Origin: Takakia lepidozioides
Lineage: Eukaryota; Plantae; Bryophyta
NCBI GenBank assembly: GCA_030704615.1
Contig: CM060731.1
Location: 29,016,001-29,080,000 of the forward strand
DNA length: 64,000 bases
Reading direction: 5' to 3'
Program-made: the position numbers and the translations under genes
Shown: piece after piece, positions 11,901 to 25,922 of the stretch
How positions within the stretch are numbered: the first letter of the stretch is position 1
How the letters are laid out: each line of letters opens with the position of its first letter
The notes under the pieces: model-generated
Database searches by the model: none
Seen by the model: the letters and a program-made list of their open reading frames with translations, nothing else
Told to the model about the DNA's origin: nothing

Positions 11901-14900
11901 ATATACTCTGCAAATCCTGGCGAGACAGTTTTCCTGGAGGGGGGTGAGACATTGGTTCAGTGGAGGAAGATGTTCTTCTATCAGTATGGGGTCAGTACAT
12001 ACGACACGTCTGATGTGAAGCTGTTTAATCTAAGGGCCATTGGATGTTGTGACTCTTGTCCACATCAATTGTTTCTCCATCATTGTGACAAAAGACCTAG
12101 CTCTTACAGGTTCAGGAGGTTCACATCGAGGTAGGCTTAGCCTGCATAACACTTGCCTTGCTTACCATTTCTTTTCTGGCCGCAGGTGAAGGTTCCAGAG
12201 GATAATGTGGGCTGGGACTGGAATGACCTGGATACATTTGAGGCAGGCCAGGCAAAGTGTAAGGCTGTTATGACCCAAAGTTGGCAGAAGGAAGTTGATG
12301 TGTCCTATAATGGGGAGCCAGTTGTCAAAAGCAGGGTGACTCAGGTGTGGGATGCCTCTCTTGCCCCTGGAAATACTTCAACTTTGCATGCCACACAAGC
12401 AGTCTCCAATACAAAATATGCTTCAGTCAATTGTGGACAAGGTGGCTCTGATGAATCACGGGAGGCCTCGCTAAAAGCCTTTTGCAGGCGATACAGACCA
12501 GCCAATGGGGGGTTGGAGTTTGGATCAAGCCAGTTTTTCCCAGATAGTGTGCAGCAGAGCCTATCACGGAGTCAAAGAAATGCCTCTGGTAACAACCCAT
12601 CGTACAATTCATCTGAGTTAGGGGCAACACCTGTCAATGAGTACTTCAACTTCATGAACCATGGAGGTCAGCAGTACGTCTCTCCACCTGGACAGCAATT
12701 AACTGCTGGGGGAAAACATGTGAGAAGTCTTGATTATTCACTCAACAGGTGGAATAATCCACAAGAGGCTGCACTGAAGGACAAAGATAGCTCTGTCTCA
12801 AGTTTTGAGTTGAGATTGGGTCAACCTTCTCAACAAACGCAACCAGTTGGGTCCTCGTTCCCTTCCTCCTTGGGTTCTCATCTACCTGCTTCATCAGTTG
12901 AGCATCATAAGGCGCTTCTCTATGAGCGAGTTATGCAGCAAGGTAGTTTTACTACCCCCTTTGAGACCTGTATGTGCTTTTTTCCAGCAAAAAATGAGGA
13001 GGTTTCTATAAGTAATGTTACACAGTGACCAGGACCATTCTTTCCCAACTATGAGTAATGGACATTCATGTGGTTAACCGAGTGCTTACTTTGTGATGTG
13101 GGTCTTGGACCAAATATAGCTTGCAAGTAACCAAACACTCTCAATCCTACTCTGAATTCTACATCTCAAACTTACTACAGCTGTGATGTTGGGTTGTATG
13201 AGGTTGCCTCATAGTCCGTTCCATGCTTTGGGTTAGGTCCATTGAAATGAGTGGCTGTCTGTATCAAAACACAACTGAATAGGTTGCATTCACCTCTATA
13301 TGTGCTACCGTGGTGGAGTTGATGGTTGAAGTCGCTTGTACCATGACAGTTGGGAGAATTGAGTCTAAAGTCTCAAGTAAGGGCATGTAAGAGAGAGCAA
13401 GTGCTTAAACCCTCACATGATTGTGACTATAACCTTCCAAGCAAGGAACCTATCCTAATATTTATGTTAGAATAGTTTCTTGTTTCCTGAACTATCTTGC
13501 TTTGATTACTGCTTGTGGATACAGTGCGGGAAGGTAGGTTGCAGCAAGAGATTCAGAACTCAGCCTGTGGGCTTCCCAGATTTTCTAGCAATGCTGGTCA
13601 GGTGAGTGAGTATCGGCAATTGACCAACATGATGCAACAAGGTTACAAACGGACAGGGCTTCGGGAATCTGATGGCTTGGAGTGTCCCAGCGGTGAGCCA
13701 GATGGGGGTACCATGAATGCTCAGTTCATGCAATCTGCGAGGCGCTTGGACAGTACCTCCCTCTACCCTGGCCTTAATTTTGATGCCAATGCGGAGCATT
13801 TGCAACCAAGTGTTTCCCAGTCAAGTAAGCCTCCCACCAGTGTAGATTGCAGAGTACATGATGAGCAAGCGGAACCTGGTGCATCTGGTCTAAATTTCAA
13901 GGCAAACACTGACCAGTTGAGAAGAAGTGTTGCACTGGATACTGGACGAGATTCACTAAAAAATTCAGGTACATTAATGCAATTAAGCAAGAAAATTGGA
14001 AATCGGCTGCTGGAAAGTGCAATCCAGTCATCATATGGGTATAGATCGGTAGGGTTGGAGGCCCCTGCTGCTCTCACTACTGATATTGTAAATGGAAAAG
14101 GTGCTGGGGAGAGCTTACCTGATGATTTGCGTGAATATGGAATGCCATTTCTGTCAGCCGGAGTGCCCACATTGAACTTCCCTGGGCAAACCGATGCTCG
14201 ACCAAATGTATCAGCTGCGGGTCTTGGAGTGCTGGATGAGAATACCTCAGCTGCACGGCTTCGGCGTGGGCCAAGTGGTGCTGTTAGCAGCAGAGACCAT
14301 AACTCACCATCTGTTGATCACCCGTCGCTGCAAAAAGGTCCTATGGACGATAGCCATATTGGACAGGAGTCAGGAGGCCATAGTGTTGCACAGCTTTCAT
14401 CGGAAGTGGTGAGGGATTGGGCTGGAAGTGGTAGTGGGAGGCAGTGGGAGGTGCAGGGTCAGCATCATCAGATGGTAATGGACAAGCAGGCATGGTTGCA
14501 GGGGCCTCCAGAAGTGGAAGGCAGTGGATTGTGTCCCAGAGTGGGGTCGTCACGAGTGCTGAGTAGCGGGCTTAGTGAAGGTCAGGATGGTAGTGCTGGT
14601 TGCCATGATGCGGGTGGTTCCCAATCTCAAGCAGGTAAGCTGCTTTATTTGGAAGTGAACTAAAGGGTGGGGAGGCACAAAGGTATCTAGTCAGTTCTTG
14701 TGGGAGATCATTTGGATTTCCATATCAATGGTGGTGTATGAGAAAGATGGTGCATATCAGTCCTGATTTTTCCATCTGCCTAGAAACCCAACACGAGCTG
14801 CTCAATTGTCAATGCAATGGACTCTGTGGAGGCATGTGGCCGAATGAAATCAGTCAGAGAAATCAGTCTGATCAAGTTACATGGAAAGAATGGGTGTTCA

Positions 14901-17900
14901 TGGCTTGTCCTCGTCATCCACCACAATAGGTGCATTTGATGGCTGATGGACTTCAGTAACTATTGTGGTCTATCTGATAGATACGAAGGATATGGTATGG
15001 TTGGCAGTGGCAGCTTAAATAAAATGACTTCATTTCCTTCTTCATCAACCAATGAAGCTTCAAGCTCAAGTGGGAATAGAGGAATGGAAACATGGTGCCC
15101 TTTTGATACCCATGGATATGTATTTCTCTGAATGCAGAGAAGCTTCTGGGCATCTAGCTTTAAATCTGCTTTGGTATGGAGGATTTTTCAAGTAGGAGCT
15201 GAATGCTGTTAAACCCCTTTTTCCTTCTTCAGTAAACTTTACTTCCACAACCAGAATGTTCTTTTCGTGCTGCCAAAGGAGAAGCCAGCTGTAACAGTAG
15301 TGAAGCAAATTCAAAGTTAGTACGATTGCTAGTTCATGAAACATATTTTTAACTTCCATCTGTTCTGTTGCAGAGACATTGTTGCTACAGTCCAAAGTTC
15401 GACCAGGAAAGGATCCTGTGGCACAAGAGGAGCTTGATATGCCTCCTGACAGAAAGCAGGACATCGGATGCACATGTTTCAAGTGCCGAAAGCGGGGACG
15501 AGCTTTACCACGGTAAGGGTGAAATTCTATTTTCTGCAATTTTTGTGTGCAAGGGATGGCGTTCTGTCTTCAATGGCTTTGTGGACTAACAAGAGCAAGT
15601 TTCTGAGTGGTCTTCTTTATGGAATTGTATCCAGCATGCTGGGTGATGCCTTCTATAGTTATCTCAGCTATTTCTGGAATAGATCTTGAGTATAAATAGA
15701 AAGAGCTCAGAGGTCCTTTCCATTTTTAGTCTATCATGCCTGTGACTCTTGTCAATTATCACTTGGGAGACAGGATAAACTTCTTATTATTTCTTTCTTA
15801 TTTGGGGTTCTCCCTTGTGTTTGCAGGCTGTCAGGGCAGGTGTGCTTAAAAGACACAGAAGTTGAGGGAACAAATGGAGAAACTGTCAAAAACCTTACAA
15901 GAAAGGATGGATGCCAGAAGCTTCCAAAGAAATGCGTTGCTCCTCAGAGGCGACACACGAAATCTTCTCAAGCTATTGTGGACAGAGATGCAGCAAGGGC
16001 AGAAATGGGAATGAAGTCTAGCTTGAAAGACCCTGATGGCCAGTCACTGCATTGGAAAGATGTCAGTGAGGAAGTAAGTGAAGGGCTGGCAGAGGCTGAA
16101 CCAAGTGAGTCACCGGTTTCTGGAGATGAGGACCTGCTGTCTTATAATGCCGCCAAGGGCACCCAGGCAATTGCAGGCAGCTCAAGAGGGCCAACTGCAC
16201 TGTCTGACGTCTGTTCAAAGAGCTCTGAGAATGTCCTCAGCGGGCTTTCTAATGAAGGTCATGATGATGATATGGAGGAAAGTACTTTGCTAGCTCAGGC
16301 TGTAGGTAAACCTCTTGCAGATAATGGTGTGCTTGATGAGGGCTCTGGAATAGGGAAATGCTCGTCCTCTGATGGAGTTGAAATGGGGGCAGTGAAAGAT
16401 ATGAATGCGGTCTCAACAGCGGCTGATCTCAGCAAGCGGGAGTCACCATCATCACTAGGGTGCCCCTCCTCGAGTAATTTGGCTAAAAGGCTTCTTGTAA
16501 AGAGGGGTGTGCATGGGGGAGGGCAAAGAGTGCGTTGTGCCAGGGACACAGAACAGAATGTAGCTGAACCTGAAAATGTCTTGAACACAAGCAAGGTTGA
16601 AAAGAAGCGCCGACGTACCATGAAGTGGAAGCGGCTAGACTCAGATGTGGGTACTGGAGAGTCCAAGAAAGGCATTGCGTTGCCATCAAGTGAACAAAGG
16701 GTAGAACCAAAGGACCTCCAGAACATTGAGATGGGATGCATGAGTGGTCATGTTGGCAAAGTCTGCGTGGGAACATTCAAACTCCCCTCACCGACTCCTG
16801 CAGAAAAGGGAGCAGGCCTGAAACGAAGGAGAGTGCCATTTGGCAGTGGCAACCCTTCTGGAGCTTCAGTGGCTCAAGGAAAAGATACAGCTGAGGAACA
16901 TGTCTGGAGTGGTAAGGTAGATGGTGGGAAACCAGAGAAGAAGAATGAAACTCTTGTAATTCGGGTGCCTCAAGGTGTGAACCGGCAGAAAGCCACAAGA
17001 GCTGAGCGCACAAAGCCTGGAGTTGCAACACCATTTGTAGCCTCCTGCGAGGATGGGGCTAAGATTACTTCTACCGCCACAGAGAAGACAGTAGAAGCAT
17101 CAGCAGTAGACAAGTCAGGCACCACAAGGGAATCTGTTCTCAAGAGGAATTTTGCTTCTCAAGCTCCTTCTATCACAAATGAGGTGCAGCTGAAGGGATT
17201 GTCAAGTCTCTTGACTAAAAACGTCCGCAGCTCAAGGATACCTGTTGGACGGCCAAGTCCTCGAAATGGGCGTATGGTATCTTTGAGCGACATAATGAAG
17301 CAGCCTGCTGAAGGGCTGGGCCCTGAATCTAGGGAGGGTTTGAAAGCAGCATTGAAACCTAAACCTGAAGGTAAAATTCAAAGGAAGGTAGAGTCGAGTG
17401 TTGCTCTTGTTGATTTACCACCCATCAATCCTAATCAAGTTAAAGTGCCTGCAGTTTCTGAGATGGAACTGTCAATAGAAAATAACAATGTGAAAGTGAT
17501 GCACAAGGAAGAAGCTCGGAAAGTCCGCAGTATGTGGGAGTTGACTGGCAAGAAAAGCATTTCTGGGCCAGGTACTGAGGTCTTTGATTTTGCGGAAGAG
17601 GGTGTGGCTTCCTCCAGAGCTTGCAAGCTCGATACAGCATCAATTCATGCTGAGTCTTCCTCCACTATACTAGCCCCATTCAGTGAAAGCAGTTGCCTCA
17701 TCCCGCGTAGTGGACGGTCTGCAAGGTCAAATCTTTCAATTAAAAGAAATGTCGAGTGGCATAGAAGCAAAGATGCGCAGGCAGATGCAGGAAAAAGTGA
17801 TGATGAAATTTTGGCAGAAGAGAAGAGTTCTTCAGTTGTTGAGGTGAAGTTTGCTTGTGATGACGAGGTGGAAAATTTGGAACGCCCTTCAATCCACAGT

Positions 17901-20900
17901 CGAGCCCCAAGACTTGATCCCTATAAGAATGCAACCATCCCTAGAAAGCAAGATCGCTACAAAAATGCCTCGTATGAGCTTCCCTCTCCAAGAAAGCAAG
18001 TTCGGTCCAGCAGGGTAGGTACGAAAGGGATTCAAGTAAAGGATGCCCTTGCAGCTGTGGAGGCTTCTTCTTTGAAGAGGGTCCACGAGCCATTGGAAAC
18101 CCTTGACAGCAATGCTAAGAGACGGAAGCTGACAGAAGGCCCAAGGCCATTAGAAATGGTTGACAGCAGTGCTAATAGACCGAAGCCAACGGAATGCCTT
18201 GAGAAGATCAAGCAAATTATTAACCACAGCAAAGACAAGGCATCTGAAAGGTACTTTTGTCTCTCCTTAGGATCCTATCTTCTGACTAGTGATGCTGGTG
18301 ATATTAAGTTGCAGGTGTGCTTAAAATCATGGAGACCTGTAACTTACTTGGTTCATGGATATAGGTGATGAGTGTGCCCTTCAGGCAGCACCTGTGGCTC
18401 TTAGGCTTTCCTGGAGGCTCAAGCGTGCCTGATTAGCAGGCTTCCCCATGGAAGTTAGTTTGCTCAGTGTCTTTTCATAATTACTGCTAACTCACTATGC
18501 CAACTTCTTGCAGCCTAATGTTATGTACGATTTGCTACGGTTTACTTTGTAGGTGTTTTTTTGTGCGATTGATTTCAGTAAATATCTGTCATCTTCACGC
18601 AGACAAGCATTCGTCTGTTGATAGAGATCATCATTGGGCCCCTTGTGATTGACTGAAAATGCTTGTTTGTGGCAGTATGATAGGCTCTTCATCTGGCAAG
18701 GATAAGGTGGACAAGAGGATTGTGGGCAGTTTTCGATCTGGTAAAGATAAGATAGAGAAGAAATACAAGCGCCCAGCCCTGGAGGAAGACGGAAAAAGTT
18801 TGACCTTGAAGAAGTGTAAAAGAATAGGGTCCTCGGCTTTGGATGAGAGTAGGCAAGTGAGTAGCTGTGATGTCTGTGGGAGCTCCACCTCGGATATCAT
18901 CAACAAGCTCGTGGCCTGTGGTCGCTGCCCTGTGAAGGTGATCTGCAATTACTGCCTTGAACCTTTATTGATTGAGATAAGTCCCTCAGCTGTTGGGCAT
19001 CACTTGCCATTTCATTTTCTGATTTTGCAGTTTGGATGTTTGTCGAAATTATTTCTGTATTTCTCAATTCAAAAGAACTTTATCTGTTCCTCTACTTATG
19101 TAGCATGTTGTTTCTACTCGAGCAAGTCTTTTGCCACACTTTTGCGAAGAGCATCTAATGAACTGTGTTGTCTTCTTTTGATCTTGTGGTTGGTGAGCAC
19201 AGGTTCATCAAGCATGCTATGGGGTATCAAAGATTCCTAAAGGCCCTTGGTTCTGTCGGACCTGCAAATTTAATGTGATTAATCCTGTGAGTTCTCTTGG
19301 CCTATGGCACTATAGTAGTGGTTTACATGTTTTGCATTACGGGACTGCACTATTGTAATGAGCCAGGAGTTTGTAGTCATGAAGGCTTGCCACTGTGGGA
19401 TAACATATTACTATTTTGGGGGAGCAGGTTTGTGTTCTGTGTGGCTACGGAGGTGGGGCTATGACCCGTGTTCAGAAATCGCGAGGCTTTGTTCATGGAC
19501 TGCTGCAGGCATGGCGAGGGCTGGATAATGCTAGGGACCAATTAATGGAAGATCCTCTGGCAGCTAAAAATGACAATGTGGGTGCAGCAACTGCCACTGT
19601 TCAGTCATGGAAGAAGGATGCAACAGGGGACAGGTTTGACAAAGTAACTGGAACTAGAGGCACTAGAGGAAATGGCCGGGAGTCCTGTACCTGCGGCAAG
19701 GCAGGAAATTATGAATCTTTTTGCAACGCCTGCAGCACAGGTTACTCAGAGGATACCCAGCCCAACTCCCATTCTAGTGTTCCGCATGGGGGAGGCAACC
19801 TTGACATCAGGTCAGATAGTATGTGGCGGTCAAGGAACACAATCACAGCTGTGGGTGGTGACGCAGCAGCCAAACAATGGGCGCACATGGTGTGCACCCT
19901 CTGGATGCCTGGCACCAGGTGCCTCAACCTTGGAACCATGGGTGTCTTTGACGTGTCAGGCGTTGCTCTCGCTCGGAGAAAACTGGTAAGCTTTGATATT
20001 TTGTCTGTTTTTCAGAGTGCACTCAGTTGAGTACTTGAGTTCGGAGCAAACTCCTCTCTTAGTACTGACCAGATTGCTATCACTTCACCGCAATGGTGTG
20101 ACCAAGATATGATTTGAGAGTGAACTTGGCACCATGTCGGGCAATGTTTGCCAACATGCAGGGTGCGTTTGAAGCTTTCATAAAGGTTAGCTATTGAAGA
20201 GGTTTATATCGTATTCAAGACAGTGAGAGCTGACAGAAGGGAGGGCAGTAATCAATCTGGTCTATCATAGACATTGCATAGTGGAGCGGTGCAGTGTTTA
20301 ATACTGCGAATTTGCATGGCTGCAGCTCTGCTCAATATGTAAGCGGAAAGGTGGCTCCTGCATTCAATGCCGTGTTCCAAAATGTCCTGTTCCTTTCCAC
20401 GCCTGGTGTGCACATGAGAAGGTAAGACGTGGAGCCTGTTAATTGTTCCTGAGTGTGAATCGTGCTCTTTGGTTTTTGTTGAGCTTTTGCTTTGCTGAAG
20501 TTGAAATCCATCTGCCAGCTCGTGTGGACCTTACAGCTCAGGCGAATTCCCCTTTCTGACATGGGATATTCAAATATTTAGGCCCTCTTACTATTTAAGC
20601 CCTTATACTATCCTCAAACAACTGACTGGTTCTCCTTGTGCAGGGAGTCTCAAGACTAAGGCCATGACTATGACCTTTGGCTAATCCTGTATATTGCATG
20701 GCTCAAGATAAGCTATTTGTAGTGTCCGTACTTGTGTTTCTTTTATAATGTTCTGTTCTTGTTCTCCATGAACGAGTTCCCATCAGCTTGCTTCCATCAG
20801 TACTTTCCACCCCTTCCAAAAATTAGGGGGACGCGTAAGGACATGGGACATTGATGGACTGAAGTAATTGCCGTCGGATGACTGGTCTCACATACACTTG

Positions 20901-23900
20901 TCTCTGGACCTTACCAGATTCATGGTTTATTTTACAGGGTTTATTACAGACTGAGGCTGTTGAGGATGGCAGCAACCAAGTAGGGTTTTTTGGCACATGT
21001 TTACATCATGGCAATGCTGTTAGTGGTGAGAAGATGGAGAATACTTTCACTGAAGTAGAGGTGTCTCGGTCCCTGACTGGCTTGGAAGCTTCTGCACGGA
21101 CTGAGGTGATTCCGACCCTTAAAACCAAGTATCTTGCACTGAAGTTTTGTGTCATGAGTACCACTGCGAATATTGTATAAGCATTGAGTTGGCAACTGTT
21201 TCTTGATCGCTGTCCTTACATGTTGGAAGTGTTTGAACTAAGTTATCTCCCCCTGCTTCCCTGAATGGTGAATGCTTCAGCCATTTCCATCCAAAGTAGT
21301 GCAGACACCTTGCTGCCCAAGGCATCAAACTGGTTCTCCTTGATGCAGAGGAAGACAGCAGTGTACCCTATGATCTTAAATTGATTACAGGGTCTTTGGT
21401 AAAACAAGATTTTGGGCTGTTAAAACTCTGCTGTATTTTTAGTGGATGCAACTCATTTTCTATGGGTTTCCCCTCAGTTGGGCATTACGTTTGGTGTCAA
21501 ATGTATGCATCCTCTTGATTCCCATAGTGTTGACAAGTTTTGCCACAATAGATAGTATGTCGCAAGCTGCATCCAACTCTAAACCTAGTGACAGTAAGGA
21601 CAGGGAGAGTCCCTCTGATAGACAGCAGTGGCTGTTTGACTCAGCCACCGCGTCTTTTTGCATGTAGTTATGTCATAACCCTCTGTCGCTTTCTGGGCTC
21701 AATATTTGGTAGACCAACTCTCTTATGTCAAGCTGGAATGCTCAGGAGTACAAGGGGAGGCAGAGTCTGGAAGAAAGAGCCAAGTTGCGCCAGCAGCAGC
21801 TGAACGTTTCAGGATCAACCGCAGTGTCACCTGAGCAGATTGCAGCATGGTTGCGTATTAATGACCGCAAAACTTCCACCCGTCGCTTTATCAAGCCCCC
21901 CAACTCCGTCATGAAGTATGATCATCGGGTATATTTGATTTCCCTGGACTTTATTCTGAAAGCATCTCCTAATCATGCAATACAATATCTCTTGATAAAC
22001 CATGCATTTTTTTTTTCCCCATGCAGCCTCATGGAAGCACTCTGGAGTTACAAATTAGACTCTTGATACTCCATTTTGAAGAAATTAAGAACTCTTCTCC
22101 ATATCCATAAGTACGTGTATGGCATATGAGCCTGTTGTCTATTCAAAACCATCAAGAACCAGACTTTTAAATTCTTCAAGAACCAGACTTTTAAATTCTT
22201 CACAGGGGAGCTTTTTCAGCCCACTTCCGGTAGTTATTTCTTCTCTCCCTGCCCTCCCACGCCTCTCTTCCTCCCTCTTTCTCTTTTTTCCCTTTTTCCT
22301 TTGTTTAGGCTGGTGCCTATGATCTGAAAGCTTAAGACTTTCTTGGCTGAGTCTCCCGATGTTGACAGAACGTCTGCACTCTTTTCAGGAGCTGATGAAA
22401 TCAGTGGGGAGTGATATACTTGAAATATTTAATTGTCTCGTACTATTAAATTGACTCGCTAAGTTATTGGACAGCATTCTTTATGGTTTCCTTCCTCTTC
22501 TTCCTTGTGACTTCCCTTGATGTTTGTCCTGTTGCCTTGGTTTCATCTTTGAATGCTGTTCTTTGCCTTGATGTGGCTATCTCATTTTATCTTTAGCTAC
22601 CTCGCAAGGTGAGTGCAGAGTTAAGTAGGGTCTTAGATTGATATATCTTGTTGAGAGAGAACCTCTTTCAGTAAGAGGGTATGCTCAGGGTTCTTCTTGG
22701 TGATGTTTACTGGGGTTGTTCTGCGGTAGCAGACTTATCTGAAGGAAGAGATGAGGTTATATTCTGTTGTGAGCATGTTTCAAAATTAGTAGTTGCCAAC
22801 TCTGCTGATAGAAGTGCATGGAATGATGTACTTGCTCACACATCTCAGATATAACAGACCAATAGTTGTTGAGACACTACAGGCTCCCAGAAAAGGCTGT
22901 TGCCTTAGAGCTGTGGACTGATGCAGATGTAAGGGTTTTCCCCACATATACAGTGTGGTACTTTTGATATGGATGAACCTTTATTTGTTCTGATCAGAGA
23001 GCTTGCTTATTTTGTCAGTCCCGTGAGGCCACTTCCACTTGACGAGTCTGCTTCCAATGTGTCAAGAAACAGGAATATTTGCGATTCAAGCAGAAGAAAG
23101 GTTGGAGACGGCTTGCTGTATATAAGTCAGGGATTCATGCGCTTGGGCTTTATACTACAGAGTTCATTGCTGAGGGTGAAGTGGTGAGAACTTGCCATCA
23201 ATGCCTGGTGCAGAGTAGCTTATTGACGTTGGTGTTGTGCTGGGAAGAGCAGCTAGTCAGTGTTCAAGGGCTGCTGAACTATCTCAATCATATAGGTTCA
23301 GACAGTGGATTCAGGCCATGGCCAGTTTGAGCTGTATGGAGCGTTTAGATATCAAGGGTAGGTAATTTGCATCCTTAGGTAGTATTGTTGGTGTTTCCAG
23401 GCTAACGTGTGCATGGTGTGGTACAGGTAGTTGAATACGTTGGGGAGATTGTTGGACTACGGGTTGCAGACAAGCGAGAGGCTGACTACCATTCAGGAAA
23501 GCGTGTACAGTATCAAGGTGCATGCTACCTGTTCAGGATAGACACAGAGCAAATTATTGATGCCACCCGCAAAGGGGGCATTGCGCGGTTTGTCAACCAT
23601 TCCTGCTCGGTGATTCTCTTCTCTCTACCTCTCTCTCCACCCCGCCAGTATTCATTTTCTGATACACTGTCCGGGGTTCTCTCACCAAAGAGACGCTCTC
23701 TTCAAATCTATTAGAATTGTGCCTGTACCCCAGTTTACCAACTTTGAAAGTCTCGAGGCTGAGCCAAAAGCCTAGGCCCTCCTGAGGCCTAGTTTTTGGG
23801 CAAATCACACACAGCAGATTGATGCTTGTGTGAAGGGATTTCTAGAGGATATCTGGAAAACCCAGATTAATTCTTTATATGGAGGTAAGTCTTACTACCA

Positions 23901-25267
23901 ACGTCAGCCCCTGACAGAGGTAGGTTCTGTCCCTTTTGTTCTCGCTCAAACTGGGCACGGGGTCAATGGCCACAAGGCTACGGCAAACAACGTCTTATGA
24001 GTACAATCTCTCCACCCCGCCCCCCTTAAGGTTGAAGTTAAAACTTTCAGCACGCTGCCTACTCTGTATTTGAGCCATCTGGGAAAATTTTATCCACATC
24101 TCCAACATGTACATGCTTGTTTAATGAGGGCACCTCTTTGGAAGCTTCAGACAGATAATCTCCAGAAGTGGAGACAAACCCAAAATCTGTTGCCTCCTTG
24201 GGGCTTCTGGGTTGAAGACTCACATCCAAATAATGATAGAGTTAAGAGCTGCAGAGCAAATCAAGGATGTGAGAATCTATTACTGGAGCGAGTACATTAT
24301 CACTGTCATCGACTCTCCTCCCCACCTTTACCTTCCCAAATTGAATTTTTTGATGCATTCCGGAAGAGACAATGATGCTGCTTGGCCACTGTTTGCGACA
24401 ATTTGTTGCACCATTTTCGTACTAGTTGAATTCTAATTGATGTCTACACAAGAGTGAAAGGAACCGTCCTTCGTAGGCGGTGGTTTCAACTCTTCCCATG
24501 TTAGGTTGGGATGATATTCCAGGGCAAGAATTCAAACTTCCATGAGCTTTCTATTGAGGCTTGGGGGTCAATGGCCACAAGGCTACGGCAAACAACGTCT
24601 TATGAGTACAATCTATTGAGGCTTGGGTGTCTGTATGGGTGTTTGTGCGCAGCCCAATTGTGTGGCCAAGGTGATTTGTGTCGACAACCAGAAGAAGGTA
24701 AAGTGTCAGGCATTTTCCTGTTTATTGCATTGATTGGACTGCCCAGGGTATCACGGGCAAAACTTTTGTTAGCTTTAATACCGTGTTTTGCTGGAGATAT
24801 GAGAGGTCAGCTTATACTGTTTGCTACTGGCAGCTTTCATCCAGCATGGCTGTGTCGGCATGGCACTGTGACAGTGTCGTAGACATTTGTAAGAGAACTG
24901 CATGCCCGGTGTGACGTGTAATACAAACCATAACCGACTTGATATCTGGTTTCACATAATAGATTCATCTATGTTCCCTTCTACAAGGCTCAAGTGTCTA
25001 TGTGTATTTGGGGTGTCTTGGAGAGGAGATCTTGCAAGACTAGAAGCCTACTTGTATGATACCTGGCTACCAAGCGTTCTGCCTGAAATGATACCTCCAC
25101 ATATCCTAATTTGGCATAAGGCTATATGGCAGGTCATTTTTTTCGCGAAGAGGGACATCTTTGCTGGGGAAGAGATTACCTATGACTACAAGTTCAATTA
25201 CGATGAAGTGGGGGAGAAAATTCCTTGCTTTTGTGGCTCTGCCAACTGCAGAGGCACCCTAAATTAG
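8932..25267 (+). CDS. Trithorax-group (class III, putative H3K4) histone-lysine N-methyltransferase, ~2425 aa: TDBD-like domain, long disordered middle, PHD, ePHD, SET, post-SET
   Basis: 18 exons: 8932-9012, 9906-10659, 11387-11475, 11892-11990, 12186-12942, 13525-14634, 15374-15512, 15827-18250, 18676-18937, 19203-19286, 19428-19985, 20326-20421, 20938-21105, 21746-21928, 23073(or 23067)-23183, 23427-23609, 24653-24697, 25133-25267. All introns are GT-AG and phases close (7278 nt). Motifs: PHD CDVC..CGRC.VKVHQACYG..WFCRTC; ePHD CVLC..WAHMVC..CSIC..CIQC..FHAWCA; [33 protein letters not shown]; post-[11 protein letters not shown]. Confidence 0.93.
22152..22199. repeat. Perfect 24-bp tandem duplication (intronic)
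   Basis: TCAAGAACCAGACTTTTAAATTCT x2. Confidence 0.92.
23959..24627. repeat. Exact 51-bp direct repeat (23959-24009 = 24564-24614); second copy flanked by a 16-bp duplication (24550-24565 = 24612-24627)
   Basis: GGGGTCAATGGCCACAAGGCTACGGCAAACAACGTCTTATGAGTACAATCT occurs twice. TCTATTGAGGCTTGGG lies on both sides of the second copy. Confidence 0.93.
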
Positions 25268-25922
25268 TGGGTACCGATCACCCTGGCTTGAATTCGCTAC
25301 CTGGATTCACCCCAGCTTGCATTGTATTCAAGAGCTGCTACTCAGGGCAGCTTAACATGTATTTGAGGTTGAATTTTGTAATTATTCTTCATCTGCATGC
25401 TGTGTATTTGGAGGTAAGCACTCTTGACTTGCAGGGTCATTTGCAAACATCAACTCATCTAGACTTTGCTCTCGTGAACCTTGTGTAATGGTAGCTGCCT
25501 GAATCAGTCCTATAGAGAATGGTTAGACAGTATGTGCCTAACTGTATTGCAGTTTGCTCGGTGTGCTCTCTCAAAGCAGGTTCGGTTTATATCGTAGGGT
25601 TCTCACTATCTTTTGGCTTCATCCACTCAAAGGGCATACATGTTTAGAGCTTGCAAACAGTTAACTTTCAGAGGACTTGGGGGCTTGGGACCAAACTGTA
25701 ACCCTGAAGCAGGCTATGCAGCATGAAGAATGATGCACCCGTATGGGGCAGATTGGAATTGCAGTATGCACATCTCTTCTGTGCACAGGTGTTTCCCGGG
25801 TTACACCCTTTGACCTAGTTTTAGTGTAGCAACTACACCAACTGATCTACACACGGGTTCCAATAAGCATTCTTAGAACTTTATATGAATGTTTCTGTCA
25901 TTCTTGATAAGAACCTGATGGT

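Noticed and set aside
16295-18238. Several antisense ORFs over the large SET-gene exon
   Set aside because: These are shadow ORFs of the long coding exon with no independent motifs.
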